55,357 nucleotides of DNA from a virus (taxonomy: Duplodnaviria > Caudoviricetes): positions 1 through 55,357 of the IMG/VR virus record IMGVR_UViG_3300030110_000758; one strand, 5' to 3'. Below the pieces are notes generated by a model that was not told where the DNA came from, searched no databases, and saw only the letters and a list, made by a program, of their open reading frames with translations. The first letter of the stretch is position 1; each line of letters starts with the position of its first letter. The translations under genes were made by a program, and so were the position numbers. Below are positions 29,928-38,766 of the stretch, piece after piece.

Positions 29928-32062
29928 GTTCCAGTAAATCCTTGTTCACCTGGAGTAGGTGCTGTTCCTGTGCCTATGTTGCCACCCCCAGCGCCTGTAG
30001 TATCTTGTACGCCTACTCCTGCTTGCTCTGGTGCTGCACCTGGTGAGGGCGGTGTAGGTGGACCTTGTGGTCCTGCCTCTGGTGGAGCAGGTGGTGGCTG
30101 TTGAAACTTCTTAAGTATTTCTGCTTGTATAGCTGCATCACCCAAGGAGTTAGTAACTTTGTCAGGATCTAAGTCCATGCTCTTAGCTATCTCTCGTATG
30201 ATGTAGTCACTCTTTACAAAAGGCATAAGCGCTGGGTTAGATGCTACACCCATAAATTGCATCAAGCGTTGTGAGCGTACCTCGTTAGCCATTAAACTTT
30301 CTGTGCCTGATGCCTTAACTTCTAGATCACCTTTTATCTCACTGTCAAAATCAAACTGCATATTAAATGAAAAGAAAGCCCTACCTATAGGGCCAATTAA
30401 ATAATCATCTACATTCTTTACAACATTACGTATAGAGCCATTAGCAGCAGACATAAGCATAGAAATACCAGAAGCAGTACGCCCCACACCACTGACGCCA
30501 GTTTGACCATGTGCAAAACTTGGGAACCCCGTACTCTCATCAGCTAATACCCTTGCTTTATCAAACAGTTGCATGTTTTCACCAGCTACATTAGGGAACT
30601 TAGTTCCAAAAATGCCTTGGCCTGGTGCGCCACCTTGTCTACGAAATATCTTGCCAGGATAAACACTTAAGTCCTGCCCAGGAACCAAATTTGTCTCATC
30701 AACTTCAATGATTAAGTTACCAGAAAGTGCAGCATTATCAATAGCCATACGCATAAAACCATTCATTAATGTCTGCGTATCATCCATGTTTTCAGCTATA
30801 CCAACACCAAAGAAGCTATACGGGTTAAGCTCATAGGGTACAGCATAGTAAGGAATACGTGCAGGTTTAAATGGGTTAAGCACTAATCGTAAAACTTTAC
30901 CGTTACATACCCAAGCGTTAACACTAACTTGCTCTGAGTCTTTTAACTCTTTAGGTATAGTTACACCATTTTCTGCAAGTATATCTGTATCTACATAACC
31001 CCAGAACTCTAAAACTTCATATCTATACGGAGCAGAACTATATTGAGAGTCATCCTCCATATCTTGTTCCCAGTATTTCTTCTCGTAAGACTCCCCTAAA
31101 TTAATAGCTTCATCAATAGACTCACCCCTAAAGAATGGTCTAGACTTTAAACCACGCATCTGTGAACGTGTCATACGGTGACGCTCAACTACAAACTCAG
31201 CTTCATCCATGTTGTACGCATCAGGATCAGGATAGAAGTTCCATATAGAAACATGGCTAGTAGAAGGTACAGTCTTAATAGTAGGATTATAATCACCTGA
31301 CTCCATATCCCAATTAGGATACTCTTTGTCAATAGCAAATGGCCCCTTCATTATACCTGTGCCAAAAAGTGCCATTTCAAAAGCTGTGTGACGTAACTGT
31401 TTATTAGCACCACTCTCCTCTAACTGATCGTGTATTTTCTTTTCCATCTTTTTAGCTGCAACCATAGCAGGATGAAATGTAACTGTGCTTTGAGTTGTGC
31501 CTGGGCCTTCTATAACTTTATCGCCCATCTGCTCTAGCTTATCTTCTAGAGGACCAAGACGCTTCATGCGATCATACATTGTCTCGCCAGGTTTTAGTTT
31601 TTCATCAGGATCAAATAAAAACGAAACCCTTGGTTCCTTTCCAAAGGCCGCTGATAATTCTTCTTGTGCTTGCTCTGCGTTAGGATCTATATTAATATGT
31701 ACTGACTCAACTACACCCTCTGGAAGAGTAGTAGGATTTACTGTAAGAGGAAAGCGTGAACTTCCAAACAACACATCTACAATCTGTCCATATGCAGCTA
31801 ATGTTTTAGTTTTAGTGACTTTAACAAACACTCTAGACTTTTCAGTTTCAGTAAACTGCACATCAGGGCCATACAAGCCACGGTAGTTACGATACGCTCT
31901 AAGCCATCTGTTTTCGTCTGTGTATCTTGAGTCTTCTGCACGTTTAAATTTCTCCGTTACAAAGGCAACGACACTACCTGCGTCTAGCTCATCTCCATCT
32001 TGAATAACAGACACTTCATCTGTTTCAAAAAGTTCAGCTTGTTCGTTTTCATTTACTGCCAT
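29924..32062 (-). CDS. Portal protein
   Basis: 712 aa after TerL; ALFGTGIMKGP, IWNFYPDP, FFGVGIAE, RTASGISML; Pro-rich tail. Confidence 0.9.
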   Translation of the reverse strand: MAVNENEQAELFETDEVSVIQDGDELDAGSVVAFVTEKFKRAEDSRYTDENRWLRAYRNYRGLYGPDVQFTETEKSRVFVKVTKTKTLAAYGQIVDVLFGSSRFPLTVNPTTLPEGVVESVHINIDPNAEQAQEELSAAFGKEPRVSFLFDPDEKLKPGETMYDRMKRLGPLEDKLEQMGDKVIEGPGTTQSTVTFHPAMVAAKKMEKKIHDQLEESGANKQLRHTAFEMALFGTGIMKGPFAIDKEYPNWDMESGDYNPTIKTVPSTSHVSIWNFYPDPDAYNMDEAEFVVERHRMTRSQMRGLKSRPFFRGESIDEAINLGESYEKKYWEQDMEDDSQYSSAPYRYEVLEFWGYVDTDILAENGVTIPKELKDSEQVSVNAWVCNGKVLRLVLNPFKPARIPYYAVPYELNPYSFFGVGIAENMDDTQTLMNGFMRMAIDNAALSGNLIIEVDETNLVPGQDLSVYPGKIFRRQGGAPGQGIFGTKFPNVAGENMQLFDKARVLADESTGFPSFAHGQTGVSGVGRTASGISMLMSAANGSIRNVVKNVDDYLIGPIGRAFFSFNMQFDFDSEIKGDLEVKASGTESLMANEVRSQRLMQFMGVASNPALMPFVKSDYIIREIAKSMDLDPDKVTNSLGDAAIQAEILKKFQQPPPAPPEAGPQGPPTPPSPGAAPEQAGVGVQDTTGAGGGNIGTGTAPTPGEQGFTGT

Positions 32063-32064
32063 TA

Positions 32065-33513
32065 TTAGTATCCAAATGTTGCGTCAGAAGCTTGAAACCC
32101 TGAACGTTGTGACACAGGATTAAAATCCCAAAGTGAACTACGTGGCCTTGTCATTATACCGTATCTTAATGCATCGTACAAGTGATCTTCTGCATTTGTA
32201 TCTACGTCTTCGTGGTTCTTTTTATCTACAGGTAAACCAGGAAGTTGTGCTATTGTATTGGTGCAGGAAGAAAAGAATACTAACCTTGGCTCATCAGTAA
32301 ACTCATCTACCTGCAAACGGCGGTGAAGTTCGTTTTTACCTGCAACCCGTGAACCTCTGGAACGATCTGAGGGCCTCCACTTGCATCCCTTTGCGTTCAT
32401 TTGTTCAGCCAAGGACGGTCCTGTGTCTCCACGTTTATGCCACAGGGAACTGTCTAACACGCCGTACCTGATACTACCGTCTTCATTTTCTGCTTCTAGT
32501 ATCATATCCGCTAAATCTGTAGCTGTTACTTTAGAACAATATAACTCTCTATAAACTACAAGTTGTTCGCTTGGCGTGACAGTGAACCACAATACTCCTG
32601 TGAAACTACCATACCCATAATCACAAGCTCTAAATCTAGCCCAGCTACGGGGTATGCTGTATGGTTCTACTACGTGTATCTTTCTATTAAACTCAGGAAA
32701 GGCTGCACCTTCATTTACATCCCAGTTTCCTTCTAATAATTGCTTACGCTGATGTTCAGGTAATGATAAAAGCATAGCTTCATAATCACCACTTTCAGCT
32801 AAATATGGATTATCAAAGAGACTAGCAGGTATGAACCTACGCTTAAACAGGGGTTGACCAGATTTACTATGCCCTTTGGGAAACTTCAACACCTCACTAG
32901 TCTCTATGTCCGTTGCCCAGAACGATGTATTAGGTTTAGCTGGGTCAATGAACATCTTCTTAACCCAAGCGTGTCCCAAACCACCTGGGTTTGTTGTGGC
33001 TCTCATGTACAATCCTAAGTCAGGATTAGCACTACGTAAACGTGACCTCATGTAGTTCCACGCAAACGGAGATGACCACTGTGTAAGTTCGTCAAAAGCC
33101 ACGTAATTAAACGCCTGTCCTTGATATCGCATAACATCGGAGTCTCTGTCAAGGTATGACATCCACAATGTACCACCTCTAGGTGTAGTCCACTGTGACT
33201 TTCTCTCTGACCACTTGATACCAGGTATAGCTTTAGGGTAAAGCTCCTGACTTTTTTGTATTAACTCTCTTAGTTCTTCAGTCGTATGACGTACAAGAAG
33301 ACCACTGAAGTCTGAGTTGTTCATATTTCGTAACGGGTCTGCTAGTGTGGCGTAACTCTTCCCGCCTCCTGCTGCTCCTCCATACAAAACTTCTCGTTCA
33401 CTCGCAGCCAAAAACTCTGTCTGGGGTCCAGGATTAGGCTTAAAGACTACATTCTGTGCTTCTTGTACGTCATATGTGGCAGGTTTAACCTGCGCTGGGC
33501 TTTGTTTCGTCAT
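32065..33513 (-). CDS. terL: Terminase large subunit
   Basis: PQTEFL, Walker A GGAAGGGKS, Walker B VAFDE, ATTNPG, nuclease RACDYG and DHLYDALRY; start moved to ATG 33513 (GAGG SD). Confidence 0.93.
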   Translation of the reverse strand: MTKQSPAQVKPATYDVQEAQNVVFKPNPGPQTEFLAASEREVLYGGAAGGGKSYATLADPLRNMNNSDFSGLLVRHTTEELRELIQKSQELYPKAIPGIKWSERKSQWTTPRGGTLWMSYLDRDSDVMRYQGQAFNYVAFDELTQWSSPFAWNYMRSRLRSANPDLGLYMRATTNPGGLGHAWVKKMFIDPAKPNTSFWATDIETSEVLKFPKGHSKSGQPLFKRRFIPASLFDNPYLAESGDYEAMLLSLPEHQRKQLLEGNWDVNEGAAFPEFNRKIHVVEPYSIPRSWARFRACDYGYGSFTGVLWFTVTPSEQLVVYRELYCSKVTATDLADMILEAENEDGSIRYGVLDSSLWHKRGDTGPSLAEQMNAKGCKWRPSDRSRGSRVAGKNELHRRLQVDEFTDEPRLVFFSSCTNTIAQLPGLPVDKKNHEDVDTNAEDHLYDALRYGIMTRPRSSLWDFNPVSQRSGFQASDATFGY

Positions 33514-33943
33514 CGTCCTCTTCGTAGGTGTAGTATCCAAATCTTTCTTTTTCGAGGATTTCGATCTGACGTAACGTTTTTTCGAGCCGCTTGGCATACT
33601 CGCGTTTAATCGTAGTAAGTCTTTTTCTTTTTCTTTCAACATCTATACGTTTTTTCAACCCATCGTGTGTTATGTTTCTTCCAGATTGCGTAGTTAACCA
33701 AGCCGCAACCTGCCTTAAACTATATTGTTTTACGTGTTTTTTAGCTAGTTCAAGTAACTCTAACTCTTTAGGTATTGGGTTCAGCCAATTATTATCCTCT
33801 GGATCAACCTCATAACCAAAGGGTATATACCGACTTGTTCTTGGTATGCGCTGCCAAAGTTTTACCTTAAAGGGTACTTTAGGCAACATCCAGTATTCAT
33901 GTTGTAAAGGTCGTTCTCTTTTAACTTTGAGCTTCATCATCAT
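33485..33943 (-). CDS. DNA-binding protein resembling the serine-recombinase RD domain
   Basis: IPFGYEVD..LNPIPKELELL..SLRQVAAWLT; start within ATG-ATG-ATG at 33943-33937. Confidence 0.6.
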   Translation of the reverse strand: MMMKLKVKRERPLQHEYWMLPKVPFKVKLWQRIPRTSRYIPFGYEVDPEDNNWLNPIPKELELLELAKKHVKQYSLRQVAAWLTTQSGRNITHDGLKKRIDVERKRKRLTTIKREYAKRLEKTLRQIEILEKERFGYYTYEEDDDETKPSAG

Positions 33944-34295
33944 TTTTAGGTGGCAGTATAAACAATCCACCTGGCGCATCTACGGATACTCGTTCTGTTT
34001 TAACTACACCAGCGCGATCTAGTATCTGTCCTGCAGCCATCATCTTTTCTTTTATGCCTAGCTGGGTAGGATCGTCCAAAGCACTGGCATACGCAACTGC
34101 AGCTTTAGGACCAACTCTTGACATATACGTTTTAGTTGCTTCAAATATCTCATCTTTTAATGCCTCCACTATTGTAGTAGTAGATGAGTTAACATTGTAC
34201 CCTGCTAATTTTTTAGCTTGCACAACATCGCCACCTGCTTCCTCAAAAAGCACTTCTAAGAATCTAGCTTGGTTTTCTGTAAGCTTACGTGTCAT
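33921..34295 (-). CDS. Terminase small subunit (candidate)
   Basis: LTENQARFL..GDVVQAKKLAGY HTH-type start; ILDRAG. Confidence 0.65.
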   Translation of the reverse strand: MTRKLTENQARFLEVLFEEAGGDVVQAKKLAGYNVNSSTTTIVEALKDEIFEATKTYMSRVGPKAAVAYASALDDPTQLGIKEKMMAAGQILDRAGVVKTERVSVDAPGGLFILPPKNDDEAQS

Positions 34296-34540
34296 GTTAC
34301 TTTCCTGTAGGATCTGGTTTTTTTTGCGATCTTCTTAGGTTGAGCCACAAACTGCTTACCTGCCTTAGTGCCTTTTCGTTTAGCTCTGGTTGTAGCGGCG
34401 TACTCAGCATCGCTAAGAGACTTAATAGCTTTAGCAGGTAAATACCGCTCACCAGTTTTAGAACTAGGCTTCCCACTCTTCGTGCGCCAATCTTGCTTTG
34501 TCCATGACTTTAGACTTTTTTGAGATTTTTTTAGGGCCAT
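34292..34540 (-). CDS. Small basic protein (DUF5872-like)
   Basis: QKSLKSWTKQDW..GERYLP; Lys-rich. Confidence 0.75.
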   Translation of the reverse strand: MALKKSQKSLKSWTKQDWRTKSGKPSSKTGERYLPAKAIKSLSDAEYAATTRAKRKGTKAGKQFVAQPKKIAKKTRSYRKVT

Positions 34541-34615
34541 CTAACAACAATCACACTCTGGATTACATTTACGATTTATTAACGAACACCATAGTCTTTT
34601 AAGATATCGTTTCAT
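34541..34615 (-). CDS. 24-aa Cys-rich peptide (not in ORF track)
   Basis: MKRYLKRLWCSLINRKCNPECDCC; ATGA overlap upstream and TAG-ATG junction downstream. Confidence 0.6.
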   Translation of the reverse strand: MKRYLKRLWCSLINRKCNPECDCC

Positions 34616-34791
34616 TTGTATCCTCCCCCTGCTTTTTTGTAGGCAGAGGCCAGCATTTGAGCTTTTCTAGCTGACCACTGCCCCGGTTTACCGCCCTTGC
34701 TCCCTGCTTTTATTCTAGAGAACTGTCGTTTACGCATGGCTGGCTTAGTGTAGTTTCCAGCTTTATTTACTGTAGATTTAGATTTAGCCAT
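34612..34791 (-). CDS. Small basic protein, 59 aa (DUF5872-like; not in ORF track)
   Basis: MAKSKSTVNKAGNYTKP..GGKPGQWSARKAQMLASAYKKAGGGYK; AGGAGG SD. Confidence 0.85.
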   Translation of the reverse strand: MAKSKSTVNKAGNYTKPAMRKRQFSRIKAGSKGGKPGQWSARKAQMLASAYKKAGGGYK

Positions 34792-34803
34792 GCGTAATTC
34801 CTC

Positions 34804-35106
34804 CTATGACAAAACTACACGAACAACTGTACTAGAACTTTCAGCACGTCTATAGTTTAAGATAGTAGAGTTACCTACTGCTTTAGGAACTATAAAACTG
34901 TGTGCTCCTGCAGGTAACTCTATATCGTTATCATCTACATCAGCTTCTGCAGAGCCAAAGTTTATATCTAGCTTGTGACTAGTTTCTATAAACACTACAC
35001 TGGCGTTAGTACAGTCTACGTGTGTTGTATTGGTGTTACTAAGGGTGACAGCAGTTTGTACTGTCCACCCCAAGTTTTCGCCTATTAGACCAACTTGATC
35101 AACCAT
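34804..35106 (-). CDS. Small beta-rich structural-type protein
   Basis: 100 aa; AGGAG SD. Confidence 0.7.
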   Translation of the reverse strand: MVDQVGLIGENLGWTVQTAVTLSNTNTTHVDCTNASVVFIETSHKLDINFGSAEADVDDNDIELPAGAHSFIVPKAVGNSTILNYRRAESSSTVVRVVLS

Positions 35107-35121
35107 TGGTTAACTCCTAAC

Positions 35122-35625
35122 TTATGTAAACGGAGTAACTATCGCACCATCACCAATAGTGTGTCCTGAGACTACCCATTTAGAATCTGTAATACATACG
35201 TACTTAATCATGCCGCCAAGTAGTCGGCCTTTACCGTCTGCATCCATTACAATCTGATGGTCTGCTGCTGCAGGTTTAGAGAAACCACAGTTTTCTACAC
35301 CATCATCTAAGTCATTTACAGTGATATCTGTATCAACCATAGTCAGCACACCTTGCAGTGTATCTGATGCTGAGTCTGCATTGATTGTCAGTGTTCCTGT
35401 AAATGTTGTTCCTATATGAAACTCATACATTAAACCTGCTGCGGCTGTAGGTAGTGTAATAGTAATACCACCTGCACGATTAAGGGTAAAGATTGTACCT
35501 GACTCTGCTGCAGTTACTAGTTTAGTAGAATCAGTAATACTAGTTACTACTTGTTTCATAGTTGTGAAGGTAAGTGGAGATTCGTAAACCTCAATACCTT
35601 CTTGTCTTGTTGCTGTTAGTGACAT
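35122..35625 (-). CDS. Putative capsid spike / decoration protein
   Basis: VTAAESGTIF..ITLPTAAAGLMYEF..KWVVSG motif typical of small virion fibre/spike domains. Confidence 0.55.
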   Translation of the reverse strand: MSLTATRQEGIEVYESPLTFTTMKQVVTSITDSTKLVTAAESGTIFTLNRAGGITITLPTAAAGLMYEFHIGTTFTGTLTINADSASDTLQGVLTMVDTDITVNDLDDGVENCGFSKPAAADHQIVMDADGKGRLLGGMIKYVCITDSKWVVSGHTIGDGAIVTPFT

Positions 35626-36098
35626 TATTTATTCCCCTTATTATAGAACATACCTGATTTACGATAGTCTGTCTTGCCATTGCTTACTAGACCACCACGA
35701 TTTTTAAAACCCATCTTATTACGTACTTCTGTAGGTAGTTTTTTTAAACCTTTACCTTCATCTCCTGCAGGCGGTTCTTTTAGTTTACCACCTTTAAACA
35801 TGCCTTTAGTTGTAGGCATATCTTTTTCTTTATTAGGCGTACCTTGAGGTAATGGTCTTTGTGTTTGTTGTGCGTCCATCATACCTTGTTGACGTTGCAT
35901 ATCAGCAGCCGTAGGATTATACATAGGCTGTATAGGATTAATAATGCCGCCTACTTGTTTATTCTTGCCCATGCTTTTCTCCACTCCCTTTATAGTTCCC
36001 TTATTACGGGAGGCATAAAACACAGCCTCCCCTTCTTTAGGACCATACTGCTCTTTCATAGAGCGCATTATCTTTTTACCTTTTTTAGTTAAAGGCAT
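35625..36098 (-). CDS. Basic low-complexity protein
   Basis: MPLTKKGKKIM..GEAVFYAS; GLKKLPTEVRNKMG; three xxGG motifs. Confidence 0.75.
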   Translation of the reverse strand: MPLTKKGKKIMRSMKEQYGPKEGEAVFYASRNKGTIKGVEKSMGKNKQVGGIINPIQPMYNPTAADMQRQQGMMDAQQTQRPLPQGTPNKEKDMPTTKGMFKGGKLKEPPAGDEGKGLKKLPTEVRNKMGFKNRGGLVSNGKTDYRKSGMFYNKGNK

Positions 36099-36102
36099 AG
36101 CA

Positions 36103-36327
36103 TTACATCTTAGTTAACTTGTAGCCTTTGGCTTTAGCTGCAGAACGCATTTGACTCATAGTCATACCTGTTGCTCCACCCTTGGCATAACCTTTTTTCA
36201 TCTTACCGCCACGAGCCATACCTGGCTTCTTTTTCATGGTCATACCACCTTTAGCCATCTTCTTTTTCTTAGCCATAGCTCCACCACGAGCCATACCTTT
36301 TTTCTTCATCTTTCCATGCATTGCCAT
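36103..36327 (-). CDS. Very basic Lys/Met/Gly-rich protein with four (M/Y)A(K/R)GG repeats
   Basis: MARGG, MAKGG, MARGG, YAKGG; AAGGAG SD. Confidence 0.8.
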   Translation of the reverse strand: MAMHGKMKKKGMARGGAMAKKKKMAKGGMTMKKKPGMARGGKMKKGYAKGGATGMTMSQMRSAAKAKGYKLTKM

Positions 36328-36332
36328 AGCAA

Positions 36333-37013
36333 CTACTCCTTATCACTGTATAGATTGTTAAACACTCGTTGCGTATCCCAAACGTATTCTACGTCTTGCT
36401 TAGAGTGAAATATGTTTTGGTTTGGCCTAAAGTCAGGAGCACCTTCTCCTGTTTCAAACCAAGCGGGGTGAGTTACTCTCACTCTGTTGTTGGGCAACGC
36501 AACTATGTTACCAGTATATTCTCCTGCATCTAACAACTCCAATACATGTGATTGTTTGTGTTGGGCAGGATCATCTGCTACTTCGCTATCTGTATAATCA
36601 ACTGTAAAATAATATTTGCAAGGATAAAACTCATTATCAATCTTTGCTATCCAAGGCGCTGGGGTTGCTCTGTTAAGTACGTAAACAGAGTGATGATGTG
36701 ACATACAATCCCAAGGTTGAGCCATGTACGGTGGTAATTCAGTAGGCCAACCTTCTAACGGAGTATCAGCTACAAGGGCAGTAAGGGGCATTCTAGCCCA
36801 CATAGCTCCTCCGTGAACGTTGAGGTCTTCGTCCGATCCATCGAACTCGCATCCTGTAAATATAACTTGGAAACTGAGAGTCCTGTTGGGCATGGTTGTT
36901 ACTGCTATTACCATGCAGTGGAGAAACTCTCCGTGATATTCTTCTAAGTTCTTTGTGTATTCTCTTCTTACCCATGCTTTAAAATAAGGTATGTTACTTT
37001 GAAGATACGGCAT
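36333..37013 (-). CDS. Hypothetical phage protein
   Basis: 226 aa; VHGGAMWARMP, QPWDC, YYFTVDY, HKQSH, LPNNR. Confidence 0.8.
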   Translation of the reverse strand: MPYLQSNIPYFKAWVRREYTKNLEEYHGEFLHCMVIAVTTMPNRTLSFQVIFTGCEFDGSDEDLNVHGGAMWARMPLTALVADTPLEGWPTELPPYMAQPWDCMSHHHSVYVLNRATPAPWIAKIDNEFYPCKYYFTVDYTDSEVADDPAQHKQSHVLELLDAGEYTGNIVALPNNRVRVTHPAWFETGEGAPDFRPNQNIFHSKQDVEYVWDTQRVFNNLYSDKE

Positions 37014-37296
37014 CTCTTTCCTTTCGCAATCTTTCTTTAGCCTTTTTAGCTATCTGAACAACTTCTGTCTTACCCATTACTTTAGCACGTTGTTCCATAA
37101 CTGTCAAGATCTGAATTTTTCTTGCGAAAGGTTTTCCTGATTTTCGTACTCTTGCAACAGTTTCTCTTGCATCCTTTGTTGTTGCGAACTTTATTGGTAC
37201 AGTATCTTTAGGGTTTTCGTCTGTGTATAACCTACGCCCTGACCCTTTAGGTTTCTTACCTGTGCCTACTTTAGGATCTTTTTTCTTTTTAGTCAT
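36994..37296 (-). CDS. Small basic protein
   Basis: GTGKKPKGSGRRLYTDENP..ILTVMEQRA. Confidence 0.75.
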   Translation of the reverse strand: MTKKKKDPKVGTGKKPKGSGRRLYTDENPKDTVPIKFATTKDARETVARVRKSGKPFARKIQILTVMEQRAKVMGKTEVVQIAKKAKERLRKERDAVSSK

Positions 37297-37553
37297 GCTA
37301 CTACAAAATCTACTATCTGACCAGTAGGAGTACGCAGCTTGTTAGGATCTGGATAGTAAGCAAACTTTTGATTAACTAACTTAAGATCCTCTACTGGTGT
37401 ATTAGGAGTTATTTTAGTTGGCTCTTTTTGAGCATCTATCTTTTCTTCTTCGTTAGCTTTAGTCGATCTGTTCTTATCCCGTGACTCAAATACAATATTA
37501 TCGTGTGTATGAAAAGGCATACTAGGTAAAGGTAGATGACTAATCAAAGTCAT
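37293..37553 (-). CDS. Hypothetical protein
   Basis: 86-aa ORF with ATGA coupling; ends GQIVDFVVA. Confidence 0.65.
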   Translation of the reverse strand: MTLISHLPLPSMPFHTHDNIVFESRDKNRSTKANEEEKIDAQKEPTKITPNTPVEDLKLVNQKFAYYPDPNKLRTPTGQIVDFVVA

Positions 37554-37556
37554 AAG

Positions 37557-37775
37557 TTAAAGTTTCCAAGAACGCAAGTAAAAAGTAAAATTGTTTGGGT
37601 TCCAGCCTTGCTTTACGCAAGCATCTTTCCAAACATTGTACTTTTCTACAGCCACATCTTTAGCTTTTATAAAATCTTCGTAGGCCTTATCAACTTCACC
37701 GTAACGTAAGTTGTTTAGCTCTTGTTGTTTTTCTTCAATCTCTTTTTGAAGTTTTTCTTCTTGTGTCATTTCCAT
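37557..37775 (-). CDS. Hypothetical coiled-coil protein
   Basis: 72-aa ORF in operon. Confidence 0.7.
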   Translation of the reverse strand: MEMTQEEKLQKEIEEKQQELNNLRYGEVDKAYEDFIKAKDVAVEKYNVWKDACVKQGWNPNNFTFYLRSWKL

Positions 37776-37860
37776 TTTTCTTTCTTACCTTATTTTTAAT
37801 CCACATAAAAAGACTACTTAAAGTCAGAGCTGCGGAGACTATGTTTAAGAATGGTCCCAT
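37735..37860 (-). CDS. 41-aa single-TM peptide with basic tail (not in ORF track)
   Basis: MGPFLNIVSAALTLSSLFMWIKNKVRKK...; TAATG overlap with the upstream stop. Confidence 0.45.
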   Translation of the reverse strand: MGPFLNIVSAALTLSSLFMWIKNKVRKKNGNDTRRKTSKRD

Positions 37861-38144
37861 TACCAAGCTTTACATGACCAGTAACGTGCAGTAAACTTGT
37901 CTTTAGCTGTGTCACAGTTGTGTCTAGCTCTAAAGTTCTTACGAGCACCAGGGTTATCTTTACGAATTGGCATATCAGGATCACCAAAGCGTACAACCTT
38001 TACCTGATCACCCTTCTTAGCTAACACGGCTGACTTCTTAGCTTCACCTGATAGGCGTTTTGGTTTGTTATAACCAGGGTATGTTTCACCACGGTACTTT
38101 AACTTACCACTAGGTAGTCGTTCTACATCTTTAGTTGTAGCCAT
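37860..38144 (-). CDS. Small basic protein (DUF6321-like)
   Basis: KVVRFGDP..RKNFRARHNC..ARYWSCKAW; start moved to ATG 38144. Confidence 0.8.
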   Translation of the reverse strand: MATTKDVERLPSGKLKYRGETYPGYNKPKRLSGEAKKSAVLAKKGDQVKVVRFGDPDMPIRKDNPGARKNFRARHNCDTAKDKFTARYWSCKAW

Positions 38145-38157
38145 AGTAGTTAAACTT

Positions 38158-38355
38158 TCAAGTTTGCTTTTCAGGTTTAGGCATTTCCACACATTTACCT
38201 AGTACAAAGGAACTAGGTGTAGGCTTACTAGCGTTTAACACGTTCATTTGTGTAGCTAAACTGGAAACACATGTATCCATTGTAGGGTACAAAACTTGGT
38301 CTGACGCTACTTTATAACCACTATCCATAAACATTACAAATACTATTACAAACAT
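38158..38355 (-). CDS. Small exported two-Cys protein (paralog of 2908-3099)
   Basis: MFVIVFVMF..YPTMDTC..SKP..VLGKCV. Confidence 0.75.
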   Translation of the reverse strand: MFVIVFVMFMDSGYKVASDQVLYPTMDTCVSSLATQMNVLNASKPTPSSFVLGKCVEMPKPEKQT

Positions 38356-38612
38356 TATTCATACTTTCTTTTTCTATCTGGATCTAAAACCTCATTTGAC
38401 TCTAAGTAACCCTCTAAGTACATTGCACGTTCAACATGATCCAGTGTATATTTTTTTCCTGTACGATTATAAATAGCCTCACGAACATAGAACACATCTG
38501 ACTTAGGTATGTGTACTTTGTTTAGAAAACGTGTGTCTTCTGATGCTAAAGCCTCATAAAAGTCTTCAATTACGGACTCACTTGCATATAGTTGTACCTT
38601 TTTTTTGTACAT
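38355..38612 (-). CDS. Hypothetical protein, first gene of the structural arm
   Basis: HIPKSDVFYVREAI..VERAMYLEG. Confidence 0.75.
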   Translation of the reverse strand: MYKKKVQLYASESVIEDFYEALASEDTRFLNKVHIPKSDVFYVREAIYNRTGKKYTLDHVERAMYLEGYLESNEVLDPDRKRKYE

Positions 38613-38638
38613 TGTCAAGTCTTTATTTATAAAAAAGT

Positions 38639-38760
38639 AAAAAAATACTACAAACGTCTAGATGTACATGAGGGAGAGGAGACACAGATGGAGTTTGTAC
38701 TCTCTAAACGCTTGTAGTACTTTAAGTTTAACTACAAGTTATTATTATTATAGTAGTTAT
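38639..38760 (-). ncRNA. Candidate trans-acting antisense sRNA (hairpin with anti-SD / anti-AUG loop)
   Basis: Own promoter (38767-38795); 17-bp stem 38719-38703/38662-38646 with 2 G-U pairs on this strand; 27-nt C/U loop; U7 tail; loop region matches the helicase RBS at 22/25 nt. Confidence 0.65.
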
Positions 38761-38766
38761 GTAATT

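Noticed and set aside
32065-33642. ORF-track upstream starts for TerL, MCP (26534), ThyX (48642), integrase (44373), helicase (49683) and others
   Set aside because: Downstream ATGs have clear SD sequences and avoid long overlaps
3411-36408. Many + strand ORFs within the structural arm, and - strand ORFs within the replication arm
   Set aside because: Antisense shadows of long, well-supported genes; no motifs or RBS
38688-38717. Plus-strand 9-aa ORF MEFVLSKRL with a perfect SD
   Set aside because: The G-U pairs, promoter and U tail all favour a minus-strand RNA and no + promoter is evident; not fully excluded
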